DNA of 64,000 bases, taken from positions 391,183 through 455,182 of the forward strand of contig JANRKS010000007.1 of the NCBI GenBank assembly GCA_033763315.1, in the 5' to 3' direction. Below the pieces are notes generated by a model that saw nothing but the letters and a program-made list of their open reading frames with translations, had not been told where the DNA came from and did no database searches. Each line of letters starts with the position of its first letter. Position 1 is the first letter of the stretch. Source of the stretch: Deltaproteobacteria bacterium (GTDB taxonomy: Bacteria; Myxococcota_A; Polyangia; Fen-1088). A program made the translations under genes and the position numbers. Below, piece after piece: positions 1 through 8,985 of the stretch.

Positions 1-2
1 TT

Positions 3-683
3 CAACTGGATGAAAACATCCGCAAGCCATTCGATGAGCTACGCGAAGCCATTCAGCTGCCCGCCGAAGAACTAAAGCGGCGCGACGAATGGAAAGCGGA
101 ATGGGAACGCCGCCAACAAGAAGAAGCGGCACAGGCGGCAATAGATGCGGCCAAGCCCCCAGAGGGCGACGGCGCAGAAACCGATACCACGAACGTCACG
201 AGCGAATCGTCCAGCACATCGGATCCGTTCGCAAACACCGTGTATGCCGGCGAAAACAACGCCGATGCGACGATGATCAGCCCCGCCCCCACGTCTGACA
301 AAACCATCGCCGCGCCAAGCCCGTTGCACCTGGAGCCGACTCTTGCGGCCAGCGCTCACGCAAGTGGCCCCTCGCCGGTGCCCGGCCCCGCTCCCGTTGC
401 GGCCCCCGCCCCCGTCGCTCCCCCGGCGGCTGTGCTGCCACCCGCGCCACGTTTGCCCACGGCACCGCCGGTGGGTGCCGTGGCCACTGGCGGCCGCACG
501 ATGATGGGAGTCATGCCGAGCGCCGCGGTGCCAGGATCCCCCGTTGCCGCTGCCCCTTCGCGCCCCACGCCCCCTCCACCGCCGCCCGCGGCCTCGCGCT
601 TGCCGGCTCCCAAAGTGCCGGCGCGCTCTGTCCCCGCGCCGCTGCCGGATGACGAGCCCGGCGACGACAAGAAGCCCGCTTAA
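3..683 (+). CDS. tatB: Twin-arginine translocase TatA/TatB family subunit, 5'-truncated, with long Pro/Ala-rich tail
   Basis: Frame is open from the window edge (QLDENIRKPFDELREAIQLPAEELKRR...) to TAA at 681-683. A charged helix is followed by a low-complexity tail, and the gene lies directly upstream of tatC. The N-terminal TM helix is outside the window, so the call rests on context. Confidence 0.6.
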   Translation, partial: QLDENIRKPFDELREAIQLPAEELKRRDEWKAEWERRQQEEAAQAAIDAAKPPEGDGAETDTTNVTSESSSTSDPFANTVYAGENNADATMISPAPTSDKTIAAPSPLHLEPTLAASAHASGPSPVPGPAPVAAPAPVAPPAAVLPPAPRLPTAPPVGAVATGGRTMMGVMPSAAVPGSPVAAAPSRPTPPPPPPAASRLPAPKVPARSVPAPLPDDEPGDDKKPA

Positions 684-733
684 GTGCGGCCGCCGCGCGC
701 CCTCCCCCTCCTTCCTCTCCCACGGAGTTTCCT

Positions 734-1672
734 GTGACCGACTTGAAAGAAGACGAAGCCAAACCGAAGGCTGACGAAGCCAAACCGAAGGCAATCGAAG
801 GTGAGGTCGTAGACTCCGAAGAGGCCGACGAAACCGAATCAGGCGACAAGCGCATGTCTCTGTTCGAGCACTTGGCCGAGCTGCGCCAGCGCATGCGCAA
901 CGCCGCGATTGCGTTTTTGGTTTCGATGATCGTGGCGTTCATCTACAACAAACGCCTTTACGAGGTCCTCACGCGACCGGTGCGCAAAGCTATCAAACAC
1001 GCCAACCAAGAGGTTCGCTTCGTTATTACCGAACCAGGCGAAGCGTTCTGGGTTTACTTCAAGCTTTCCATCGTCGCGGGCCTGATTTTCTCGGCACCTC
1101 TCATCTTTTGGGAGCTGTGGAAATTCGTGGCGCCTGGGCTTTATAAGAAAGAGAAGAAGGTTGCCTTGGCCGTCGTGGGCGCCACCGCGTTCTGCTTTGT
1201 TGGCGGCGCCGTCTTCGGCTATTTCTTCTTGGTTGAACCCTCGATCTATTTCTTGGTCACGATCGCCGACATGGGCGTGCCCATGCCTGACTCCGCCGCC
1301 AGTGGCGTGGATCCCGGCACCGTCATCGAGCCCATGCTGCGCATGGAAGCCGTGGGCAATTTCACCAGCATGATGCTGCTGGGCTGCGGCGTGGCGTTTG
1401 AGCTGCCCGTCGTCATCAGCGTGTTGGGTGCGCTGGGCATGGTGTCCGCGAAGAGCTTGTGGAAGTTCAACAAGTACTCGCTGGTGCTCTCCGCCTTGTT
1501 GGGCGGCATCCTAACCCCAGGTGGCGACGTGGTGTCGCAGATGCTTTTGGCAGGCCCGATCTTCGGTCTTTATAACGTTTCCATCATCATCGTTTGGGCG
1601 CTTGAGCGCGGCCGCAAGAAACAAGAAGCGGCCATGGACGCTGAATACGGCCCCGAACCGTTCGAGCGCTAA
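734..1672 (+). CDS. tatC: Twin-arginine translocase subunit TatC
   Basis: MSLFEHLAELRQR, WKFVAPGLYKKEKK, GVAFELPVV and ILTPGGD motifs; six hydrophobic segments; GGAG upstream of GTG. Confidence 0.96.
   Translation: MTDLKEDEAKPKADEAKPKAIEGEVVDSEEADETESGDKRMSLFEHLAELRQRMRNAAIAFLVSMIVAFIYNKRLYEVLTRPVRKAIKHANQEVRFVITEPGEAFWVYFKLSIVAGLIFSAPLIFWELWKFVAPGLYKKEKKVALAVVGATAFCFVGGAVFGYFFLVEPSIYFLVTIADMGVPMPDSAASGVDPGTVIEPMLRMEAVGNFTSMMLLGCGVAFELPVVISVLGALGMVSAKSLWKFNKYSLVLSALLGGILTPGGDVVSQMLLAGPIFGLYNVSIIIVWALERGRKKQEAAMDAEYGPEPFER
752..792 (+). repeat. 21-bp-period tandem duplication (DEAKPKA x2) in the TatC N-terminus
   Basis: GACGAAGCCAAACCGAAGGC occurs at 752-771 and 773-792. Confidence 0.9.
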
Positions 1673-1680
1673 AGGCTCAC

Positions 1681-2265
1681 GTGGCAGTGTCTTCAACGCG
1701 CCTTTTGGTTCTTGGCGTCGTGCGGATGCTGCAGCCCGTGCACGGGTACGACGTGCGCCGCGAGTTGCTGTCGTGGCGCGTGGATGAATGGGCCAATGTG
1801 GCGCCGGGCTCGATCTACAACGCGCTGAAATCAATGACGCGCGACAATTTACTGGCCATTGTCGGAACCGACCAAGTCGGCGGCCGCCCCGAACGCACCA
1901 CGTATAAGCTCACGGCCGAAGGCGAATCTGAATTCCAGAACTTGTTGCGCGACACACTGTGGAATGTACGCATGCCCGTGGATCCGCTTATGCCGGCTTT
2001 GGCCTTCCTCGTTCACACAAACGTGGACGAACTCAAAGAGGCGCTCGTTCATCGAATCAACCAAATCCGTGGGCAACTCAAAGCCTCTGAATTCGCCATT
2101 GCGCACATTCCCAACGAAACGACGCCCGCACACGTGCGGGAGCTGTATCGCTTGTCCAGCGCCCGCCTCGAAGCCGAGATACCGTGGGCCGAAGCCCTCA
2201 TAAAGGCGCTCGATGCCGGGGATTACGCCTGTGAGGGCGTGCTGTTGCGAAAGCCCACCGATTAG
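1681..2265 (+). CDS. PadR family transcriptional regulator
   Basis: LLVLGVV..QPVHGYDVRREL..PGSIYNALKSM..RTTYKLTAEG winged helix plus a C-terminal helical dimerisation region. Confidence 0.92.
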   Translation: MAVSSTRLLVLGVVRMLQPVHGYDVRRELLSWRVDEWANVAPGSIYNALKSMTRDNLLAIVGTDQVGGRPERTTYKLTAEGESEFQNLLRDTLWNVRMPVDPLMPALAFLVHTNVDELKEALVHRINQIRGQLKASEFAIAHIPNETTPAHVRELYRLSSARLEAEIPWAEALIKALDAGDYACEGVLLRKPTD

Positions 2266-2268
2266 GCC

Positions 2269-2297
2269 TTGACGGCGCTTAATCAAATTTGAATAAT
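2269..2297 (+). promoter_or_regulatory. Sigma70-type promoter with overlapping palindromic operator (probable PadR site)
   Basis: TTGACG (2269-2274), 17 nt, then AATAAT (2292-2297). The near-perfect palindrome TTAATCAAA/TTTGAATAA at 2279-2296 covers the spacer and -10. Confidence 0.7.
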
Positions 2298-2398
2298 CCA
2301 CCGGCCCTACTCGCAGGCATTGGCCGCCGTAGGATGGGTCATCGTGTTGGCGCTACGCAACAAGGGCGCAAAGACTCCGCTTCAACCCGTGGGAAACT

Positions 2399-3142
2399 AT
2401 GAGCCACATCGTCTCTATTCGAGCTGCCACGAAGAATTACGCCCTGGGCAAAATCGTCGTGCCCGCGCTTCGCGGCGTGAACCTGGATGTTGAACCCGGC
2501 GAATTTTTGTCCATCGCCGGCCCTTCGGGCAGCGGTAAAACCACGCTGCTGAACTTGATCGGCTGCGTGGACACCGCGAGTTCCGGCATCGTTGAAGTGG
2601 CGGGCCAAGACACCGCCAAGCTGCCTGAGCGCGCCCTCACGCGGCTGCGGCTTGAGACGATCGGATTCATCTTTCAAAGCTTCAACTTGGTGTCGGTGCT
2701 TTCGGTGTTTCAAAACGTTGAACTGCCGCTGCTCCTGCAAGGCAAGCTGAACTCAGCGGAACGCAAGGCGCGTGTCACCACGTTGCTCGATCGCGTGGGC
2801 CTGCACGAACACACTTACCACCGGCCAAGTGAGCTTTCGGGCGGGCAACGCCAACGTGTGGCGATTGCGCGCGCGCTTGTCACCAAACCACAATTGGTGC
2901 TTGCCGATGAGCCAACCGCGAACCTCGACTCCGTCACAGGGCAAAACATTTTGGACCTGATGAAAGAGTTGAACCGCACTGAAAAGACCACCTTCATCTT
3001 TTCAACCCATGACGCGCGCGTCATGTCGCACGCGAGTTCCGTTGTAAGGCTGGCCGATGGTGTGGTGGTTGATCGCGTGACGGCGGCGGAAGCCGTGCAA
3101 GCGGGCTTCGGCGACGTGGCGTCTCGGCTTGGGGTGCACTGA
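2399..3142 (+). CDS. ABC transporter ATP-binding protein (LolD/MacB-like)
   Basis: Walker A GPSGSGKT, GFIFQSFNL, LSGGQRQRVAIARAL, LADEPTANLD and STHD. Confidence 0.96.
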   Translation: MSHIVSIRAATKNYALGKIVVPALRGVNLDVEPGEFLSIAGPSGSGKTTLLNLIGCVDTASSGIVEVAGQDTAKLPERALTRLRLETIGFIFQSFNLVSVLSVFQNVELPLLLQGKLNSAERKARVTTLLDRVGLHEHTYHRPSELSGGQRQRVAIARALVTKPQLVLADEPTANLDSVTGQNILDLMKELNRTEKTTFIFSTHDARVMSHASSVVRLADGVVVDRVTAAEAVQAGFGDVASRLGVH

Positions 3143-5286
3143 TGCGCGGGTTCGACACGTTCGCCATGCTCACCCGCATGGCCATGCGCAACCTGCTGGC
3201 CAGCCGCTGGAAAACCATCATCGTGGGCTCCATCATCATGGGTGGCGCGTTCTTGGTGGTGGTGGGCACGTCGCTGCTCGACAGCCTCGATCGATCGATG
3301 AGCCAAAGCATCATCGGCTCGGTTGCCGGGCACGTGCAGGTGTATTCGGCCAAATCCAAAGACGAGCTGACCGTCATGGGCAGCATGGACATGGAAGCGC
3401 CCGATCTGGATTCGCTCGATAACTTTGCCGGCGTGCGCGACACATTGCTGAAGCTGCCGAACGTCAAAGCCGTGGTGCCCATGGGCATCAGCGGCGCGAT
3501 CGTAACATCGGGCAACACCATCGACGTGGAGCTGGAAAAGCTGCGCGACCTGGTTCGCAAGCGTCAAGATGGCGATGCATCGGAAGCCACCACGCGTGCC
3601 TACGAAGCGCAAAAAGGCCACGTGCGCCAGATCATCGAGGTGCTCTCGCAAGACATCCGCAACATCAAGACGCTGCAGGATGAATCGGCCTTGCCCAAGG
3701 AAGACGAAGAAGCCGTCAAAACCGCCGCTTCAGATGAGTTCTGGCAGAGCTTCGATAAACAGCCGCTTGATAACCTTGAGTTCATGGAGAACCGGTTGGC
3801 GTCTTTGGCCGCCGATGCCGACATGCTGTTCCTGCGTTACATGGGCACGGATCCCAAGGTGTTCGCGGGCGCTTTCGATCGTATGCGCGTGGTGGATGGC
3901 CAGGCGATCCCGCCCGGCAAACGGGGCTTCATGTTTGCAAAGTATACGTACGAAGAGCAAGTCAAGCTGAAGTCCGCGTTGCGTCTCGACAAGATCAAAC
4001 ACGCCATCACAAACCGCGGCGCCACAATTGCCACCGACGATGAACTGCAGCGGTTCGTGCGGGAAAACAGCAACCAGGTCAAAGAGCTGCTGTTGCAGCT
4101 GGATCAGATCGAGACCGCGGATTTTCGCCAAAAGCTGCAAAGCTTCTTGGCCAGCCAAGAGAACGACGTGGGCAAGTTGCTGTCGGCGTTTTTTCAAACC
4201 ACCGACGCCAACTTCATGCAGCGTTACGATTTCTTCTACAAGACGTTGGCGCCATCGCTGGATCTATACCGCGTGCGGATCGGCGACACGCTCACGATCA
4301 AAGCGTTCACGCGCAGTGGTTACGTGCAATCGGTGAACTTGCGTGTTTACGGTACCTTTGAATTCCAGGGCCTGGAGGGCTCGCCGCAAGCGGGCGAGTT
4401 GAACCTGATGGATATGGTTTCCTTCCGCGAGCTTTACGGCTTCATCACCGATGATAAAAAGCAGGAGCTTGAAAGCCTCAAGGCCTCTGTGGGTGCCAAG
4501 GAAGTTTCGCGCCAGGACGCCGAGAGCGAATTGTTTGGCACCGTGGCCACGGATGACCCTGCCGATGGCAAGACCATAGAAGCGAGCGCCACCGGCGCGG
4601 TGGAAGCGCAAGCGGCCCTGGCTGGCTTGGCCGGCCGCCTGCAACGCGAGAACCTGGCCGACCGCGTTTACGATCCCAGCCAACTGCAAAACGGTGTGGC
4701 GCTCAACGCCGCGGTGATTCTGAAGCGCGCGCGGCCCAAAGACATCGATCAAGCAATCAAAGACATCGAAGCCGCCACCAAGAACACGGCCACCCCGCTT
4801 AAGGCCATCTCATGGCAAAAAGCCTCCGGGATCATCGGACAGTTCGTGATGTTGATGCGCATCGTGCTCTACGTGGCGGTGCTGATCATCTTCGTTATCG
4901 CGTTGGTGATCATCAACAATGCCATGGTGATGGCCACGTTAGAGCGCGTGCAGGAGATCGGAACGTTGCGTGCTGTGGGTGCCCAGAAACGCTTCATCTT
5001 GGGTATGCTGCTGGTGGAAGGGCTGCTTACGGGCGCCGTGTTCGGCGCTTTGGGCGTGGCTTTGGGCGGCGCGCTCGTCGCATTCGTCGGGGCCAAAGGC
5101 ATTCCCGCCTTCAACCAGATCGCCACGTTCTTCTTTTCGGGCCCGCGCTTCTTCCCCGCGTTGGCCACATCCAACTTGGTGGGCGCCTTAGGCATCGTTT
5201 TCTTTGTGAGCCTGCTTTCCAGCCTTTACCCCGCGCTGCTCGCCATGCGCGTAACACCTCGCCAAGCCATGCAATCCGAGGAATAG
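3142..5286 (+). CDS. ABC transporter permease (FtsX/LolE family) with very large periplasmic domain
   Basis: N-terminal MAMRNLL..TM; C-terminal ERVQEIGTLRAVG and YPALLAMRVTPRQAM; TGATG coupling to the ATPase gene. Confidence 0.9.
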   Translation: MRGFDTFAMLTRMAMRNLLASRWKTIIVGSIIMGGAFLVVVGTSLLDSLDRSMSQSIIGSVAGHVQVYSAKSKDELTVMGSMDMEAPDLDSLDNFAGVRDTLLKLPNVKAVVPMGISGAIVTSGNTIDVELEKLRDLVRKRQDGDASEATTRAYEAQKGHVRQIIEVLSQDIRNIKTLQDESALPKEDEEAVKTAASDEFWQSFDKQPLDNLEFMENRLASLAADADMLFLRYMGTDPKVFAGAFDRMRVVDGQAIPPGKRGFMFAKYTYEEQVKLKSALRLDKIKHAITNRGATIATDDELQRFVRENSNQVKELLLQLDQIETADFRQKLQSFLASQENDVGKLLSAFFQTTDANFMQRYDFFYKTLAPSLDLYRVRIGDTLTIKAFTRSGYVQSVNLRVYGTFEFQGLEGSPQAGELNLMDMVSFRELYGFITDDKKQELESLKASVGAKEVSRQDAESELFGTVATDDPADGKTIEASATGAVEAQAALAGLAGRLQRENLADRVYDPSQLQNGVALNAAVILKRARPKDIDQAIKDIEAATKNTATPLKAISWQKASGIIGQFVMLMRIVLYVAVLIIFVIALVIINNAMVMATLERVQEIGTLRAVGAQKRFILGMLLVEGLLTGAVFGALGVALGGALVAFVGAKGIPAFNQIATFFFSGPRFFPALATSNLVGALGIVFFVSLLSSLYPALLAMRVTPRQAMQSEE

Positions 5287-5289
5287 CTC

Positions 5290-6606
5290 ATGTCCAGCTT
5301 GTTCATCACCTTCAAGATCGCCGCCGCCAACCTCATTCAGCACGGCCGACGCACGCTTTTTCTGGCAACCGCCATCGCGGCCGTCACCGCTTTGCTGCTG
5401 CTTTTGGGAGGCTTGTCCGCCGGCGTGCGCGACAGCCTCGTGACAACGGCCACCACGTTGAGCACGGGCCATGTCAACGTCGGCGGCTTTTTCAAAGTCA
5501 CTTCGGGCCAGTCCGGCGCCGTCGTCACCGGCGTGAAAGCGCTTAAACCCATCGTGGCACAAGCGGTGCCCGAAGCGGCGTTCATGGTCGAGCGCGGCCG
5601 CGGGTGGGCCAAGGTGGTGTCTGACACCGGGTCAGCGCAAGCCGGCATCAATGGCGTGGACATCGTGAACGAACCTGAGTTCAAGAACGTTCTTACGCTC
5701 ACGGCGGGCAAACTTGAAGATCTCGCCCGGCCGAACACGATCATGCTGTTCGTGGGCCAGGCCGAAAAGCTGGGCGTGCGCGTGGGTGACGCCATAACCA
5801 TCTCGGCACAAACCACGCGCGGTGTGGCCAACACCATCGATTGCGAAGTGGTGGCGATCGCCAAAGACGTGGGCCTGCTGTCAAAGTTCAACACGTTCAT
5901 CCCCGCCGAAACGCTGCGGCGCCTTTACCAATTGCGAGAAGACGCGACAGGCGCGATTCACATCCACCTCAGGCCGCAGTTCATCGACCAAAGCAAACAG
6001 ATCGCCGCTCGTCTGCGCTCGGTGCTTGAAAAGGCCAACTACGCGGTGATGGAGCCCAATTCCCAGGCGTTCTGGATGAAGTTTCAATCCGTCAACCGCG
6101 AAGCATGGACGGGGCAAAAGCTGGACGTGACCACGTGGGAAGACGAATTGTCGTTCATGATCTGGACGCTGGCTCTGCTTGAAGGCCTGCGCTTCGTTTT
6201 GCTCATCATCCTGTTGGCGATCGTGATCACCGGCATCATGAACACGATGTGGATCGCCATCCGCGAACGGACACGGGAGATCGGCGCCCTGCGTGCCATC
6301 GGCATGCAACGCGGGGGTGTACTCCGCATGTTCATCGCTGAAGCGCTGCTTTTGGGTTTGTTCGGAACCATCGTCGGATCGCTCGTCGGGGCGCTGATCG
6401 CGTTCGCGCTCAACGCAGCTCACATCGATGTGCCGATCTCGGTGCAGCTGTTCTTGATGTCGGATCATTTGCGTCTGCTGGTGGCGGGTCCCGCGCTTGT
6501 GTCAGGCATCGTCATGATCACTGCGATCACGGTCGCTGCCTCGTTCTATCCCGCGTTGCGCGCGGCCCGTCTGCGTCCCATCGAAGCCATGTCACATTTT
6601 GGATAA
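5290..6606 (+). CDS. ABC transporter permease (FtsX/LolE family)
   Basis: ERTREIGALRAIGM and YPALRAARLRPIEAM; four-TM MacB/LolE topology. Confidence 0.92.
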   Translation: MSSLFITFKIAAANLIQHGRRTLFLATAIAAVTALLLLLGGLSAGVRDSLVTTATTLSTGHVNVGGFFKVTSGQSGAVVTGVKALKPIVAQAVPEAAFMVERGRGWAKVVSDTGSAQAGINGVDIVNEPEFKNVLTLTAGKLEDLARPNTIMLFVGQAEKLGVRVGDAITISAQTTRGVANTIDCEVVAIAKDVGLLSKFNTFIPAETLRRLYQLREDATGAIHIHLRPQFIDQSKQIAARLRSVLEKANYAVMEPNSQAFWMKFQSVNREAWTGQKLDVTTWEDELSFMIWTLALLEGLRFVLLIILLAIVITGIMNTMWIAIRERTREIGALRAIGMQRGGVLRMFIAEALLLGLFGTIVGSLVGALIAFALNAAHIDVPISVQLFLMSDHLRLLVAGPALVSGIVMITAITVAASFYPALRAARLRPIEAMSHFG

Positions 6607-6612
6607 GCCATC

Positions 6613-7407
6613 ATGAATCGCAGAACTTTCACGCAAATCGTCGGTGCCGGCACGCTGCTGGCTGGTACGTCCACGTTGGCTCGCGCTGCTGAAAAGCTGC
6701 CCACAGAAAAACTGGTAGACCTGCTTAAGGTGGTGGATGACCGGCAGAAGAACGCTGGCGACTGGCAATCGCTTGCGTACATCGAGCAGAAAGAAAAGAA
6801 CAAGGTCGACGTTGTGTACGAGACCTTGGTGTTTCGACGCTCCGAAGATCAGAAGTTCATGATCTTGTTCTCGAAGCCCAAGGCTTCGCAGGGCCAAGGC
6901 TATCTGAGGTTGGACAAAAACCTGTGGTTTTACGATCCATCGGTGGGCAAATGGGAACGCCGCACCGAGCGTGAACGCATCGGTGGCACCAATTCGCGTC
7001 GCAGCGACTTCGACGAATCGCGTTTGGCCGAAGAATACGATCCTGAAGACGGCGGCGAAGAGAAACTGGGCGCGTATACGGCGCAGGTGATGACCCTCAA
7101 GGGCAAGCCCGGCCTCGATCTCGCCTTTCCCGTGATCAAACTTTGGGTGGATAAGGCCACGTCAAACGTGTTGAAGCGGCAAGAGTTCGCGCTTTCAGGC
7201 CGCTTGCTGCGCACCGCCTATTACCCAAAGTGGAAGAGGCTATACAGCGAATCCAAAAAGGGTGACATCTGGTACCCACAAGAGATTCGTTTTTACGACG
7301 AGGTTGAAAAGGCCAATTCCACGCTCATTCTGATCAAAAGCGTAGATCTCCGTCCCTTGGCGCCAAACCTATTCACGAAAGCTTGGTTGGAGAGCCGGTC
7401 GCGATGA
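6613..7407 (+). CDS. LolA-like outer membrane lipoprotein-sorting protein
   Basis: FSKPKASQGQGYLRLDKNLWFYDP, RIGGTNSRRSDF and LFTKAWLE resemble the LolA_like family; signal peptide begins MNRRTF. Confidence 0.8.
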   Translation: MNRRTFTQIVGAGTLLAGTSTLARAAEKLPTEKLVDLLKVVDDRQKNAGDWQSLAYIEQKEKNKVDVVYETLVFRRSEDQKFMILFSKPKASQGQGYLRLDKNLWFYDPSVGKWERRTERERIGGTNSRRSDFDESRLAEEYDPEDGGEEKLGAYTAQVMTLKGKPGLDLAFPVIKLWVDKATSNVLKRQEFALSGRLLRTAYYPKWKRLYSESKKGDIWYPQEIRFYDEVEKANSTLILIKSVDLRPLAPNLFTKAWLESRSR

Positions 7408-8984
7408 AACGCGTGCTCTCGGGGTTTGCCCTCGCCACTGCGCTGGCAACTTCTGCGCCCGCGTTTGCGGATGAGCCGCGGCCAAGCGAAGGCGACCTGT
7501 TCGGCGCTCCACAGACCGAGACGCCCGCGTCAGAATCCTCCACACCAGCCGCCCAAGCGCCAGCGCAATCGAACGAGCAAAGCCGCGACAACTTGATGCT
7601 GGGCGACGCCAACGCTGCCACCGTGTTTTCGGCGGACACGGCGCCGCCCGATCCGCTGACGATCGGCGGGTTGATCTATCTACGCAGCCAAAGTTCTGCA
7701 CGGCAGGGGCAGAGCCCACATGATTGGAGCTTCAGCACACCCACGCTGGTGGATGGCTATTTCGACGCGCGTCCCAACGATCGCGTACGCGGCTTTTTGT
7801 TGGCACGCCTGTCCTATGATCCAACGCTGCCTCAGACCGCCAACGAAGGCACGGTCAATGGCCAAGTCGCGGGCACCGGCAGCTCGCAGGGCAGCCCCAG
7901 TTTGTCGAGCTTGTTCCAGCAACAAACGCGGGCACCTCGCGTAATCATTGATCAGCTGTGGTTGCGGTTCGACATCAAACACCGCGTGTTTGTGACCGCT
8001 GGCAAGCAACACGTGCGTTGGGGCACGGCACGCTTTTGGGCGCCCGGCGATTTTCTGCACATTCGCCGCCGCAACCCACTCGATGTGTTCGACGCACGCG
8101 CGGGAACAACGATGTTGAAGCTGCACATGCCGGTTGAAAGCAAGGGTTGGAACTTTTACGCCTACGCACTGACCGAAGGGGCTGGGCCCACAACCACAGT
8201 CGGCACACTGGCTGGCGCCGCCCGCGCTGAGTTTGTGCTCGGTCAATCCGAACTGGGCCTGGGTGGCTTACTGCAAGAAGGCCGCAAACCGAAAACGCAA
8301 GCCGATTTCTCGATCGGAATCGGCCCGTTTGATCTCTATGGAGAAGTGGCCATCCGTTATGGCAGCGAAGTCGATCGCGTTCGCTACGACGAAAACGCCA
8401 CGTTGCCGATGACGACAGACCGGCCGCCATGGCAATCAGAAGCCGACTGGCGCAGCCAAAACCTTTCGGCCGCTGTACAAACTTTGTTTCCTTCGTACCG
8501 CAAAAACGGTGTGCAGCCACAAACGGTGGGTGGCCTCACCTACTCGCTGCAATACGCCGACAAGGATGTGTTAACCCTCGGCGCCGAGTACTTTTATAAC
8601 CCGCTCGGTTATGACACCCCCAAGGCGTACCCTGGCCTTGTGCTGCCGCGCACCGCTGTGCTCGCGGATCCGGCAACCTTTTTCTTTCTCGGCCGCCACT
8701 ACGCGGCGTTGTTCGCATCACTACCGGCGCCGTTTAACCTGGATCTGCACACCTTCACGGTATCGACGATCGGCAACCTGTCAGATCAGTCTTTCATCTC
8801 TCGGTTTGACTATGCCTACACGCTGCTCACCCACATGCGCCTCGAAGCGTTCGCGTCGGTGCGCTACGGCCGCGAACAAGGCGAATTCCGCTTTGGCACC
8901 AGCGGCATCAACGTGGGCACGCAAACGTTTTCGCTTAAGCCATCCCTGTTCGATCTGGGCGTGGCGTTGCGCGTGAGCATCTGA
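7404..8984 (+). CDS. Putative outer-membrane beta-barrel protein
   Basis: ATGA overlap with the previous gene (ATG 7404); signal peptide ending PAFA; IDQLWLRFD and TAGKQHVRWG; amphipathic C-terminal strand DLGVALRVSI. Confidence 0.7.
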   Translation: MKRVLSGFALATALATSAPAFADEPRPSEGDLFGAPQTETPASESSTPAAQAPAQSNEQSRDNLMLGDANAATVFSADTAPPDPLTIGGLIYLRSQSSARQGQSPHDWSFSTPTLVDGYFDARPNDRVRGFLLARLSYDPTLPQTANEGTVNGQVAGTGSSQGSPSLSSLFQQQTRAPRVIIDQLWLRFDIKHRVFVTAGKQHVRWGTARFWAPGDFLHIRRRNPLDVFDARAGTTMLKLHMPVESKGWNFYAYALTEGAGPTTTVGTLAGAARAEFVLGQSELGLGGLLQEGRKPKTQADFSIGIGPFDLYGEVAIRYGSEVDRVRYDENATLPMTTDRPPWQSEADWRSQNLSAAVQTLFPSYRKNGVQPQTVGGLTYSLQYADKDVLTLGAEYFYNPLGYDTPKAYPGLVLPRTAVLADPATFFFLGRHYAALFASLPAPFNLDLHTFTVSTIGNLSDQSFISRFDYAYTLLTHMRLEAFASVRYGREQGEFRFGTSGINVGTQTFSLKPSLFDLGVALRVSI

Positions 8985-8985
8985 A

